Positions 26,906 to 34,021 of a stretch of 63,240 nt of DNA are shown one piece after another. The DNA comes from Anaerolineales bacterium (lineage in GTDB: Bacteria > Chloroflexota > Anaerolineae > Anaerolineales > UBA6663), in NCBI GenBank assembly GCA_016789175.1, contig JAEURK010000008.1, positions 1 through 63,240 on the forward strand. Reading direction: 5' to 3'. The notes below the pieces were generated by a model. That model saw only the letters and a list, made by a program, of their open reading frames with translations, ran no database searches and was not told where the DNA came from. Both the position numbers and the translations under genes were made by a program. Position 1 is the first letter of the stretch. Each line of letters starts with the position of its first letter.

Positions 26906-27484
26906 TTGAACATCCTGCACACCACCCGCCTGACGATCCGGCCCTTCGAACACGAGGACCTCGCAACCATCCATGCCGTGCTCGACCGCGCCTTCGACGG
27001 CGGGAACAAGGTGGACGACGCTGCCGCCCTGGCCGAACGGCGCAGTTGGCTGGCGTGGGCGCGACTGAGTCAGGAGTGGTTCAGCCGCCTGCACCAACCG
27101 CCCTACGGCGATCAGGCTGTGGCCTTGACCGCGACCGGGGCCGTGATCGGCGCGGTTGGGCTGGTGCCGTTGCTGGACGTCTTCGATCAGATCCCGGAGC
27201 TGCGGCGCGGCCCGGAGGCGGCACGGGGCGCCACAGCCGAGGTGGGGCTGTTCTGGGCGATCGACCCGGCGCATCAAGGGCACGGTTACGCCACCGAGGC
27301 CGCGCAAGCCCTGATCGACGACGCCTTCGCCCGGCTGCGCCTGAGCCGGATCGTGGCCACGACCACCTACGACAACCTTGCCTCACAGGCCGTGATGAGG
27401 AAGCTGGGCTTGCGCCTGACACGCAATCCGCTGCCCGAGCCGGCCTGGTTGCAGGTGGTCGGCGTGCTCGACAACCTGGCTTAG
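26906..27484 (+). CDS. GNAT family N-acetyltransferase (RimJ/RimL-like)
   Basis: The domain begins LNILHTTRLTIRPFEHEDL. There is no ATG before it, so the start is placed at the in-frame TTG 26906. The upstream part of the track ORF overlaps the cydDC end and is Arg/Pro-rich. Confidence 0.7.
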   Translation: MNILHTTRLTIRPFEHEDLATIHAVLDRAFDGGNKVDDAAALAERRSWLAWARLSQEWFSRLHQPPYGDQAVALTATGAVIGAVGLVPLLDVFDQIPELRRGPEAARGATAEVGLFWAIDPAHQGHGYATEAAQALIDDAFARLRLSRIVATTTYDNLASQAVMRKLGLRLTRNPLPEPAWLQVVGVLDNLA

Positions 27485-27511
27485 AATCACCCATGGAGGC
27501 GCAGATCGAGG

Positions 27512-28348
27512 ATGCCTGATTCATCAAACGTCATCGACGTCACCGAGGCCAGCTTCGCTGACGAGGTGCTGAACCGCTCGCACCAGATCCCGGTCGTGGT
27601 GGATTTCTGGGCGCCGTGGTGCGGCCCCTGCCGCGCGCTTAGCCCGTTGCTCGAGAAGCTGGCGACCGAGGGCGGCGGCGCCTGGCTGCTGGCGAAGGTC
27701 AACGTTGACTTGACCGAGCGGCTCTCGGCCGAGTACGGGGTCCGCGGGATCCCGGCCGTCAAGGCCTTTCGCGAGGGCCAGGTCGTGGCCGAATTCACGG
27801 GCGCACAGCCCGAGCCGCGCGTGCGTGAGTTCATCCGCAAACTGGCGCCGTCGGCGGCCGATACTGCGCTCTCTGAAGCTGCGGCGCTGCTGGCCACGCG
27901 CAAATGGCAGGCCGCTGTCGAAGCGTATCGGTCCGCGCGCGAACTGGATGCCGCCAGCGGTCCGGCCGCGCTGGGTCTGGTGCAGGCGCTGGTGGCGCGG
28001 GGGCTGGGCTGCGAAGCCCTTGACCTCCTCGATGAGTTCCCGCGCTCCGATGAAGCCGTCACGGCCGCGACCTTCCGGGCCCTGGCCGAGGCGCTGTGCG
28101 AGGTCGAGCCGGCCGAATCGCCGATCGACGACGATCCGCTGGATGCGCTTTATCATCAGTCCGCCCGGCTCTTTGCGCGCGGCCAATGGGAGGCCTGCCT
28201 GGACGGTCTGCTCGACGTCCTGCGATCCAACAAACGCTTCCGCGACGGTGCGGCGCGCAAGATGATGCTGTCGGTCTTCAGCCTGCTGGGCGAGGGCGAC
28301 CCGTTGACACAACGCTATCGCGCTGAGTTGGCGTCGGTGCTGTTTTAG
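27512..28348 (+). CDS. thioredoxin domain plus TPR-like C-terminal domain (YbbN/CnoX-like)
   Basis: A WCGPC active site in a thioredoxin fold (VVVDFWAPWCGPCRAL), followed by a ~170-aa helical repeat domain. Confidence 0.85.
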   Translation: MPDSSNVIDVTEASFADEVLNRSHQIPVVVDFWAPWCGPCRALSPLLEKLATEGGGAWLLAKVNVDLTERLSAEYGVRGIPAVKAFREGQVVAEFTGAQPEPRVREFIRKLAPSAADTALSEAAALLATRKWQAAVEAYRSARELDAASGPAALGLVQALVARGLGCEALDLLDEFPRSDEAVTAATFRALAEALCEVEPAESPIDDDPLDALYHQSARLFARGQWEACLDGLLDVLRSNKRFRDGAARKMMLSVFSLLGEGDPLTQRYRAELASVLF

Positions 28349-28378
28349 CGGCTGCTCGGTGCCGGATCAAATGGCCCA

Positions 28379-28430
28379 AACGGGAAACACCGAGGGCCGG
28401 GTCTTAGCCCGGCCCTCGGTGTTTCCCGTT
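28379..28430. terminator. long perfect hairpin between the thioredoxin gene and tRNA-Leu (bidirectional terminator candidate)
   Basis: 23-bp perfect stem AACGGGAAACACCGAGGGCCGGG / CCCGGCCCTCGGTGTTTCCCGTT with loop TCTTAG. Confidence 0.65.
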
Positions 28431-28459
28431 GTTCGGTTGATGTCCTTCCGGCTGAGCAG

Positions 28460-28544
28460 TGGGGCGAGAGAGGATCGAACTCTCACGTGGGATTACCACA
28501 GCGGATTTTAAGTCCGCGGCGTCTGCCAATTCCGCCATCGCCCC
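28460..28544 (-). tRNA. tRNA-Leu, anticodon UAA
   Basis: Manual cloverleaf: acceptor GGGGCGA/UCGCCCC, 3-bp D stem, anticodon stem GCGGA/UCCGC with loop CUUAAAA, long variable arm (GUGG/CCAC), T arm GAGAG-UUCGAUC-CUCUC, discriminator A. CCA is not encoded and there is no intron. Confidence 0.9.
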
Positions 28545-28598
28545 GAGTGTGAACATTTTACCCGTGAAGGCGGCGGACGTCAGTGCTCGTTAGTAGAG

Positions 28599-29450
28599 TC
28601 AGGCTGAAACGTCCAGCCCCTGGGCCAGCCTCACCCACTCCTCCAGCGAGAGCGTCTCAGCCCGGCGTTTCGGATCGATGCCGGCGTGAGTCAACCACGC
28701 ATCCACCGACTGCGCCGGGCGGCTCATCCCGCTGCCAAGTGCATTGCGCAGCTGCTTGCGCTTCTGACTGAAGCCGGCCTTGACCACCCGGAAGAAACGA
28801 TCGGCATTGAGATCGCCGAAGACTGGCTGTGCCAGCGCCGTCAAACGGACCACGGCCGAGTCGACGTCCGGCCGCGGGTGAAAAGCCCCGGCCGCGATCC
28901 GCCCGACCAGCTCCACCCTGGCATAGGCCTGGACGCTCACCGCCAGCAGGCTCATGTCGTCCGGCGTCGCGCACAACCGCTCGGCGACCTCGCGTTGGAT
29001 GGTCAAGACCACGACCGTCGGCCGCACCGTCGCCTCGAGCAGATGCCGGATGACGGCCGAGGTGATGTAATACGGGATGTTGGCCACGACCTTGTAGCCG
29101 CTGGCCGCCCCGCCCTGCATCAATGCGGCCGGGTCGAGGTCGAGGATGTCGCCGTGCACGACCTGCACGTTGGCATACGGCGCAAGGACGTCGCTCAGGG
29201 CCGGCAACAGTGTCTGATCGAGCTCAACGGCCACCACGCGCCGCGCTGCCTGCGCCAGGTGCCGCGTCAACGACCCCAGTCCCGGCCCGATCTCGAGCAC
29301 GTCGTCGGCGGCCGTCAACGCCGCCGCCGCCGCGATCCGGGCCAAGGCGCCTTCGTCCACCAGGAAGTTCTGACCCAAGGATTTGCGGGCCCGCAGGCTA
29401 TGGCGGCGCAGCAGATCGACGATGGGCAGGGGTTCGATAGTCTGGCTCAT
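28599..29450 (-). CDS. rsmA: 16S rRNA (adenine1518/1519-N6)-dimethyltransferase
   Basis: RKSLGQNFL N-terminal motif and SAM-binding VLEIGPGLGSLT; 283 aa. Confidence 0.95.
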   Translation of the reverse strand: MSQTIEPLPIVDLLRRHSLRARKSLGQNFLVDEGALARIAAAAALTAADDVLEIGPGLGSLTRHLAQAARRVVAVELDQTLLPALSDVLAPYANVQVVHGDILDLDPAALMQGGAASGYKVVANIPYYITSAVIRHLLEATVRPTVVVLTIQREVAERLCATPDDMSLLAVSVQAYARVELVGRIAAGAFHPRPDVDSAVVRLTALAQPVFGDLNADRFFRVVKAGFSQKRKQLRNALGSGMSRPAQSVDAWLTHAGIDPKRRAETLSLEEWVRLAQGLDVSA

Positions 29451-29454
29451 ACGG

Positions 29455-30684
29455 TCACGGGATCGATTGCGGGATCAGCCATACGATGGAGCCGGCTGCC
29501 GGGGTCGGGGTCAGGAAGTAAACGGTCACGACCCGCGCCCAGCTCTGGTAGTCGTTGTCGGAATAGCCGAGGTCGATGAAGCGGCCTTTCACACCACCGC
29601 CGGTGTCGGCCGCGACCGCGAAGCCGTATCCAGGGACGTACAGGCGCGTCCCGAGCGGGATGTAGCGCGGGTCGACCGCGATCAGTCCCTTGACCAGCGG
29701 CAGGCCGGAGCGCGTGATGCCGAAGGTGCGCGAAGTACGCGGCACACCTGCCCGCGACGGCGAATACGATGTCGCGTACACGTCGTACGAGCGCCAATAC
29801 TCGATCGCGCCGTCGGGCGTGGCCACGGACTGGATCGTGATCTGTGTGCCGTAGCCGACCACGCGCGACCGCGGCGTTTGCGCGATGAATTCGGCCTCGG
29901 TCAGGCGCGAGATCTCCAGGCCGTCTTCGTAACGGACCCGGGTATAGGTCCGGCGCACGCCGTCGGCGCCGGCATCGATCAACTGACGGGTGTCGATCGG
30001 TTGATCGCCGAGCGCCTGATAGATCGTGTCGGCCACTTCGACCATTTGACTGGCCATTATCTCTTCATGCACACGCACGACCCGGATCAGGCCGTCCGTT
30101 GGCAGCGGCCCGTCGGCCGCCGGAATGGTGTAGTCGGCGCCGGCCAGACCGATCCCGCCGGCAGCCAACGCCGAAACGACCGTGTCGGCAGCCGACAGCG
30201 TGCGTACGGTAGCGCCATCGACCTGGATGGTCAGGGGCGCGGCCCGGGTCACCGTGATCGCCAAGCCGGGCGTCAGAAGAGTCGAGAGTGCAGGCGTCAC
30301 CAGGTCGGCCTGCCGCAGCTGGAACCCGGCGTCCCACAACGCCGCGCCGACCGTCTCGGCGGCCGAGACGACTTCGAACGGGGGTTGGCCGGCCTCGCTG
30401 ATGGTGACCGCCTGACCCCGTCGGACCTCAATCACCCCCGCCGCACTCCCCGTCGACACGTCCGGCGTCCAGGGCGCCCCGTCAACGATCAATGCATCCT
30501 CAGGACCGAGGACGATGCCCCTGGCCGCCAGCACGTCAACCGGCGCGCCGGCCGGCACACGCAGCGCCTGTCCGTCCGCGAGCACGATCGTATCGGCTGC
30601 GATTGAGGGACGTTCAGTCGGTTGAGCGCCACAGGCTGCGAGCAACAGGGCCAGGGCGACTTGCAGAAGGTTTCGTGGAGACAC
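29455..30684 (-). CDS. DUF348/G5/3D-domain cell-wall protein (YabE-like lipoprotein)
   Basis: GTG start, lipoprotein-type signal (LALLLAACG), a G5-like segment (DGVRRTYTRVRYEDGLEISR ... VVGYGT) and a C-terminal 3D domain (IAVDPRYIPLGTRLYVPGYGFAVAADTGGGVKGRFIDL). It sits immediately upstream of rsmA, as yabE does in Bacillus. Confidence 0.85.
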   Translation of the reverse strand: MSPRNLLQVALALLLAACGAQPTERPSIAADTIVLADGQALRVPAGAPVDVLAARGIVLGPEDALIVDGAPWTPDVSTGSAAGVIEVRRGQAVTISEAGQPPFEVVSAAETVGAALWDAGFQLRQADLVTPALSTLLTPGLAITVTRAAPLTIQVDGATVRTLSAADTVVSALAAGGIGLAGADYTIPAADGPLPTDGLIRVVRVHEEIMASQMVEVADTIYQALGDQPIDTRQLIDAGADGVRRTYTRVRYEDGLEISRLTEAEFIAQTPRSRVVGYGTQITIQSVATPDGAIEYWRSYDVYATSYSPSRAGVPRTSRTFGITRSGLPLVKGLIAVDPRYIPLGTRLYVPGYGFAVAADTGGGVKGRFIDLGYSDNDYQSWARVVTVYFLTPTPAAGSIVWLIPQSIP

Positions 30685-30696
30685 GCTGGGTTAAAT

Positions 30697-30809
30697 AGAA
30701 TGCCCGGGCAGGCAACCCGGCGGCACCCAAAGGTTACGACTTACCGCTGCTGCCTTCCGGCCCTGACGGGGTTCATCGGTCTCTGCCGCGCCGGACCCAC
30801 CCGGACACA
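30697..30809 (-). ncRNA. ffs: signal recognition particle RNA, small (4.5S-type)
   Basis: The minus-strand sequence contains GUCAGGGCCGGAAGGCAGCAGCGG, matching the conserved domain IV motif (GGAA tetraloop, AGCAGC). The 5' GUGUCCGGG pairs with the 3' CCCGGGCA, and a U-rich tail (UUCUAUUUAA) follows. Boundaries are accurate to about 5 nt. Confidence 0.8.
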
Positions 30810-30816
30810 AGCATTA

Positions 30817-30822
30817 ATTATA
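30817..30822 (-). promoter_or_regulatory. -10 box (TATAAT) for the SRP RNA
   Basis: A perfect TATAAT on the minus strand, 7-9 nt upstream of the predicted SRP RNA 5' end. The -35 element is weak. Confidence 0.45.
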
Positions 30823-30892
30823 CCGCACTCGCTTTGCACACGATCCCACTGCAGGGCTATCGCGCCTCTTATTCGCGAGGACCGGGTTCCTT

Positions 30893-30966
30893 GCCACGAA
30901 TTAATACGAATTCTCACGAATGGGGATCGTTCGTGCCAGTTCGATTCAATTCGTGAGATTCGTGGC
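30893..30966. repeat. 10-bp-periodic inverted iteron array (CACGAAT x3 direct, ATTCGTG-type x4 inverted)
   Basis: Direct copies start at 30895, 30905 and 30915. Inverted copies start at 30929, 30939, 30949 and 30958. The outer 9 bp GCCACGAAT/ATTCGTGGC pair perfectly. Confidence 0.7.
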
Positions 30967-31076
30967 TATAACCGCACCGTTTCACTTTAGATGCGTTAGC
31001 CCTGGATCCCACTGCAGGCCCTGGTGTGCACGGGCGAGTTGATGCTGTTGGCGAACCGGATTCGGACGACTGGCCC

Positions 31077-31167
31077 GGTACACGGATCACCCGGATGTTC
31101 ACGGATGGCACGGAACCATTCGAGAGGTTTCCGTGTGATCCGTGCTATCCGTGAACATCCGTGTACC
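31077..31167. repeat. 9-10-bp-periodic inverted iteron array (CACGGAT x4 direct, ATCCGTG x4 inverted)
   Basis: Direct copies start at 31081, 31091 (degenerate), 31100 and 31109. Inverted copies start at 31129, 31138, 31147 and 31157. The outer 11 bp GGTACACGGAT/ATCCGTGTACC pair perfectly, and an inner 18-bp segment has one mismatch. Confidence 0.7.
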
Positions 31168-31432
31168 AGTCCGGCCTGTTCCGGGGCTCCTGACAGCGTG
31201 CGACCGGGTTGGCCAACAGCATCGCGTCCGATGGCAGTAAGCCATCGGCGTTGTCAGGGCCAGCCCACCCTATTGGGCTCCGAAGTTGTTTCCGCGGACT
31301 GTGGCAACACACAGCCCATCTGCGAAACCCGCGCCATCCGCGACAAATGAGCGTTCGGATTGGTCATGAGGCGAGGACATTGCTCGATTGTGCGCGTATC
31401 TGGGGTGCAGTCTGTGCCGACGAATTGAGTGT

Positions 31433-32608
31433 TCACGTCAGACGCGCGGCGTAGGCCTGTTCGTGAGCCCGAAAGGTGTCGTCGAGCCGATGGCCCTCGG
31501 CCAGGTACCGAGCCCGGCGACCGCGCCGGGCGGCCTCCTCAGCGTCGGTCAGCGCGTGCGCCAGGCCTGCGCATAGGCCGTCTGGTTCGTCAGGCTGCGC
31601 CAGCCAGCCGGTCTCTCCGTTTCGAACCACTTCGGGCATTGAGCCGACGTCCAGGGCAACCAGCGGGCAACCGCTGGCGGCGGCTTCGAGGGCGATGGTG
31701 CTCTGGATCTCGACCTCCGAGGCGCTGACAGCGACCCGGGCCAGGCGATACACAGCCGGCAGCTCCGTGGTGAGATAGCCTGTGAAGCGGGTCGGCACGC
31801 GCAGCGACCAACCCCGCGCGGCGCGCTCCAACCGGCCGCGCTCTGTGCCATCGCCAACGACCAGCAGCTGCCCGGGAGCCTGCCGCAACGCGCAGGCGGC
31901 GGCCTCGATCGCGCGCAGCGGCTGCTTGTCGCGGTCCAGACGGCCGATGTGGAGCAGGATGGGCAGATCGGGGTGCAGGCCCAGTCGCTGTCGCAGGGCC
32001 GCAGTCTCCCCCGGAGATGTCGTGTGCGGCGTGAAGCGCTCCAGGTCGATCCCGTTGCTGATCGGCTGCGCCGCGATGCCGTGCGTGCCAAGCACCTGCG
32101 CGATCGTCACGCTCGGCGCGATCACGACCTCACACAGCGCCGCAACCTGTCGCGCGTACGCCCAGGCCGGGGCCTCGAGCCGACGGCCCACGCCGCGCCA
32201 GCGATGCGGCAGAGAAGCCGAAAGAAACCAGGGGAGCTGATGGGCAGTCAACACGCGTCGGGCGCCCAGCCCCGACGCCGTGCGCAGCGCCGCCCGCCCC
32301 AACGGGCCCGGGTCGTGGGTATGCACCACCTCGGGCTGGAACGCCGCCAAGGCCCGGCGCACAGGCCCGGTCGGCGCCACTGCGAAGCGTTGCCCGACGC
32401 GAAACGGATTGGGGAGCGATGGCAGGAGCGCCAAGCCGACCCCATCCTCGCCGACCACGATCGGACGCGGCGCATCAGCCGTGGGCGCCGCCGTGACCAC
32501 GAGCACCGCATGGCCGCGCCCCGTCAGGCCGCGGGCCAATCGCCGCACGACCTCGGCCGCACCCGAAATCATCGGAGGATACGATTGGCTGATCAGGGCG
32601 ATGCGCAT
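31433..32608 (-). CDS. glycosyltransferase family 4 (GT-B fold)
   Basis: 391 aa. MRIALISQSYPPMISGAAEVV N-terminus and a C-terminal nucleotide-sugar binding region (SEVEIQSTIALEAAASGCPLVA). Confidence 0.85.
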   Translation of the reverse strand: MRIALISQSYPPMISGAAEVVRRLARGLTGRGHAVLVVTAAPTADAPRPIVVGEDGVGLALLPSLPNPFRVGQRFAVAPTGPVRRALAAFQPEVVHTHDPGPLGRAALRTASGLGARRVLTAHQLPWFLSASLPHRWRGVGRRLEAPAWAYARQVAALCEVVIAPSVTIAQVLGTHGIAAQPISNGIDLERFTPHTTSPGETAALRQRLGLHPDLPILLHIGRLDRDKQPLRAIEAAACALRQAPGQLLVVGDGTERGRLERAARGWSLRVPTRFTGYLTTELPAVYRLARVAVSASEVEIQSTIALEAAASGCPLVALDVGSMPEVVRNGETGWLAQPDEPDGLCAGLAHALTDAEEAARRGRRARYLAEGHRLDDTFRAHEQAYAARLT

Positions 32609-32614
32609 GACAGG

Positions 32615-32680
32615 CGGAGGAGGGAAGAGGGAGGAGGGAGGAGCGAAGACTCTCCCCCCTCCTCCCTCTTCCCTCTTCTT
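32615..32680. repeat. polypurine/polypyrimidine heptamer-array hairpin (GGAGGAG GGAAGAG GGAGGAG GGAGGAG / inverted)
   Basis: Perfect 17-bp core GGGAAGAGGGAGGAGGG (32621-32637) / CCCTCCTCCCTCTTCCC (32657-32673), with additional GGAG/CTCC pairing toward the loop. It fills the gap between the pepT stop and the GT4 start. Confidence 0.7.
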
Positions 32681-32683
32681 CCC

Positions 32684-33952
32684 CTACTTACTGAACCTTC
32701 TCGGATACGACGCCCCCTGCTCGGCCCACAACTGGGCCAGCCGCACGCCGACCTGAACCGCCTTCTCCATATCCTGCACCGAGGCCCACTCGAGCGGGCC
32801 GTGCGGGTTATGGCCGCCGGTGAACAGGTTGGGCGTCGGCAGGCCGCGCTCGGTCAGGCGCGAGCCGTCGGTGCCGCCGCGGATCGCCGGCGACTCGGGC
32901 GTGAGCCCGACGTCACCCATCGCGGTGCGCGCGAACTCCACCGGGCGCATATCGTCGCGCAGCCAATAGCCCATGTTGCGATAGCTGGGCGTGATCGCGC
33001 AGCTGATCGTGGCGCGCGGCTCCGAGGCCTGCAACCCCTGACACAGTCCGCGCAGGCGGTCGCCGATCGCGGCCAGTTTGTCGTTGTCGAAATCACGCAG
33101 GATGAAGTCGACCTCGCAACGCGCGGTGTTGCCCGCCAGACGCACCGGGTGCAGGTAGCCCTCGCGCAGCTCCGTGGTCTCGGGGCTCATGCCCTCGCGC
33201 GGGAGCGAAGCCAGCAGCTTGCCGGCCAGCACCAGGGCGTTGACCATGCCGTACTTCTTGGCCGTGCCGGGATGCGTCGAGACTCCCTCGATCACCACGT
33301 GGCCACTGTCGCCCGAGAACGTCTCCCAGTTGACTTCGCCCGGGAACTCGCCATCAAAGGTGTAGGCGACATCGGCCCCGAACTGCTTGAGATCCAGGCC
33401 GTCGACGCCGCGGCCGATCTCCTCATCCGGGTTGAAGCAGACCCGGATCGGGCCGTGCGGGATCTCGGGGTGCGCGAGCAGGTGCGCGACCATGGTCATC
33501 ACGATCGCGACGCCGGCCTTGTCGTCCGCCCCCAGCAGGGTCGTGCCGCTGGCGCTGACGATGTCGTGGCCGATCACTCTGGTCAGCCAGGGATCGACGG
33601 CCGGGTCGAGCACCTGGTTCGGGTCGTCGGGCAGCACGATGCGGTCGCCCGCGTAGGCACGGTGCACGATCGGCTTGACGCCCTGGCCCGAGAAATCCGG
33701 CGCGGTGTCGGCATGCGCCATGAAAGCCACGGTCGGCAGGTCAGCGTCAACCGTCGCCGGGATCGTGGCCAGCACGAACCCCAGGTCCGTCAACGTCACG
33801 TCGGCGGCGCCGAGCGCGGCCAATTCGTCACGGAGCAGGCGCAGCAGGTCCCACTGCTGGGGCGAGCTCGGCGTGCCGTCGGCGGCGTGATCGCTGGTGG
33901 TGTAGATCTGGACGTAGCGCAGAAAGCGGTCGAGGAGGGTATCGGTGGACAT
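32684..33952 (-). CDS. pepT: peptidase T (tripeptide aminopeptidase, M20B)
   Basis: Trimmed to ATG 33952 (MSTDTLLDRFLRYVQI). Motifs HADTAPD, GADDKAGVA, NPDEEIG and GGTDGS. TACAAT lies 6 nt upstream of the ATG. Confidence 0.9.
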   Translation of the reverse strand: MSTDTLLDRFLRYVQIYTTSDHAADGTPSSPQQWDLLRLLRDELAALGAADVTLTDLGFVLATIPATVDADLPTVAFMAHADTAPDFSGQGVKPIVHRAYAGDRIVLPDDPNQVLDPAVDPWLTRVIGHDIVSASGTTLLGADDKAGVAIVMTMVAHLLAHPEIPHGPIRVCFNPDEEIGRGVDGLDLKQFGADVAYTFDGEFPGEVNWETFSGDSGHVVIEGVSTHPGTAKKYGMVNALVLAGKLLASLPREGMSPETTELREGYLHPVRLAGNTARCEVDFILRDFDNDKLAAIGDRLRGLCQGLQASEPRATISCAITPSYRNMGYWLRDDMRPVEFARTAMGDVGLTPESPAIRGGTDGSRLTERGLPTPNLFTGGHNPHGPLEWASVQDMEKAVQVGVRLAQLWAEQGASYPRRFSK

Positions 33953-33981
33953 CTCTCTATTGTACGAGAGGATGGAGGCAG

Positions 33982-34017
33982 GGAGGAGGGAGGAAGGCAT
34001 TCCCTCCTCCCTCCTCC
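33982..34017. repeat. polypurine/polypyrimidine hairpin (GGAGGAGGGAGGAAGG / CCCTCCTCCCTCCTCC)
   Basis: 16-position stem with 15 pairs (33982-33997 with 34002-34017) and a 4-nt loop. It begins 4 nt after the stop of the M23 gene. Confidence 0.65.
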
Positions 34018-34021
34018 GCGT

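Noticed and set aside
27493-27519. 8-codon upstream ORF (MEAQIEDA) overlapping the ATG of the thioredoxin-TPR gene, 5 nt after a TAGAAT box
   Set aside because: It is merely the tail of a longer shadow ORF. It is too short to evaluate and there is no independent evidence of translation.
28349-28598. tRNA-Leu as an integration hotspot, or as host of a group I intron as in some tRNA-Leu(UAA) genes
   Set aside because: The tRNA is intact and uninterrupted (85 nt). There is no integrase, no direct repeat of the tRNA 3' end, and no foreign-looking genes on either side.
30842-31167. Possible miniature CRISPR array (repeated 14-mer and palindromic repeats)
   Set aside because: There are only two copies of the 14-mer, 163 nt apart. 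The palindromes are internally periodic and differ from each other. There is no regular repeat-spacer structure and no cas genes in the window.
30893-31167. Replication origin (iterons, AT-richer DNA)
   Set aside because: There are no DnaA-box consensus clusters, no dnaA/dnaN or rep/par genes nearby, and the flanking genes are ordinary housekeeping genes. It is kept as an unexplained protein-binding or RNA element instead.
30622-31350. ORFs of 122 aa and 108 aa in the gene-free region next to the SRP RNA
   Set aside because: They read through the SRP RNA and the iteron hairpins, have no start context, and show Cys/Arg/Pro-rich composition unlike the real genes here.
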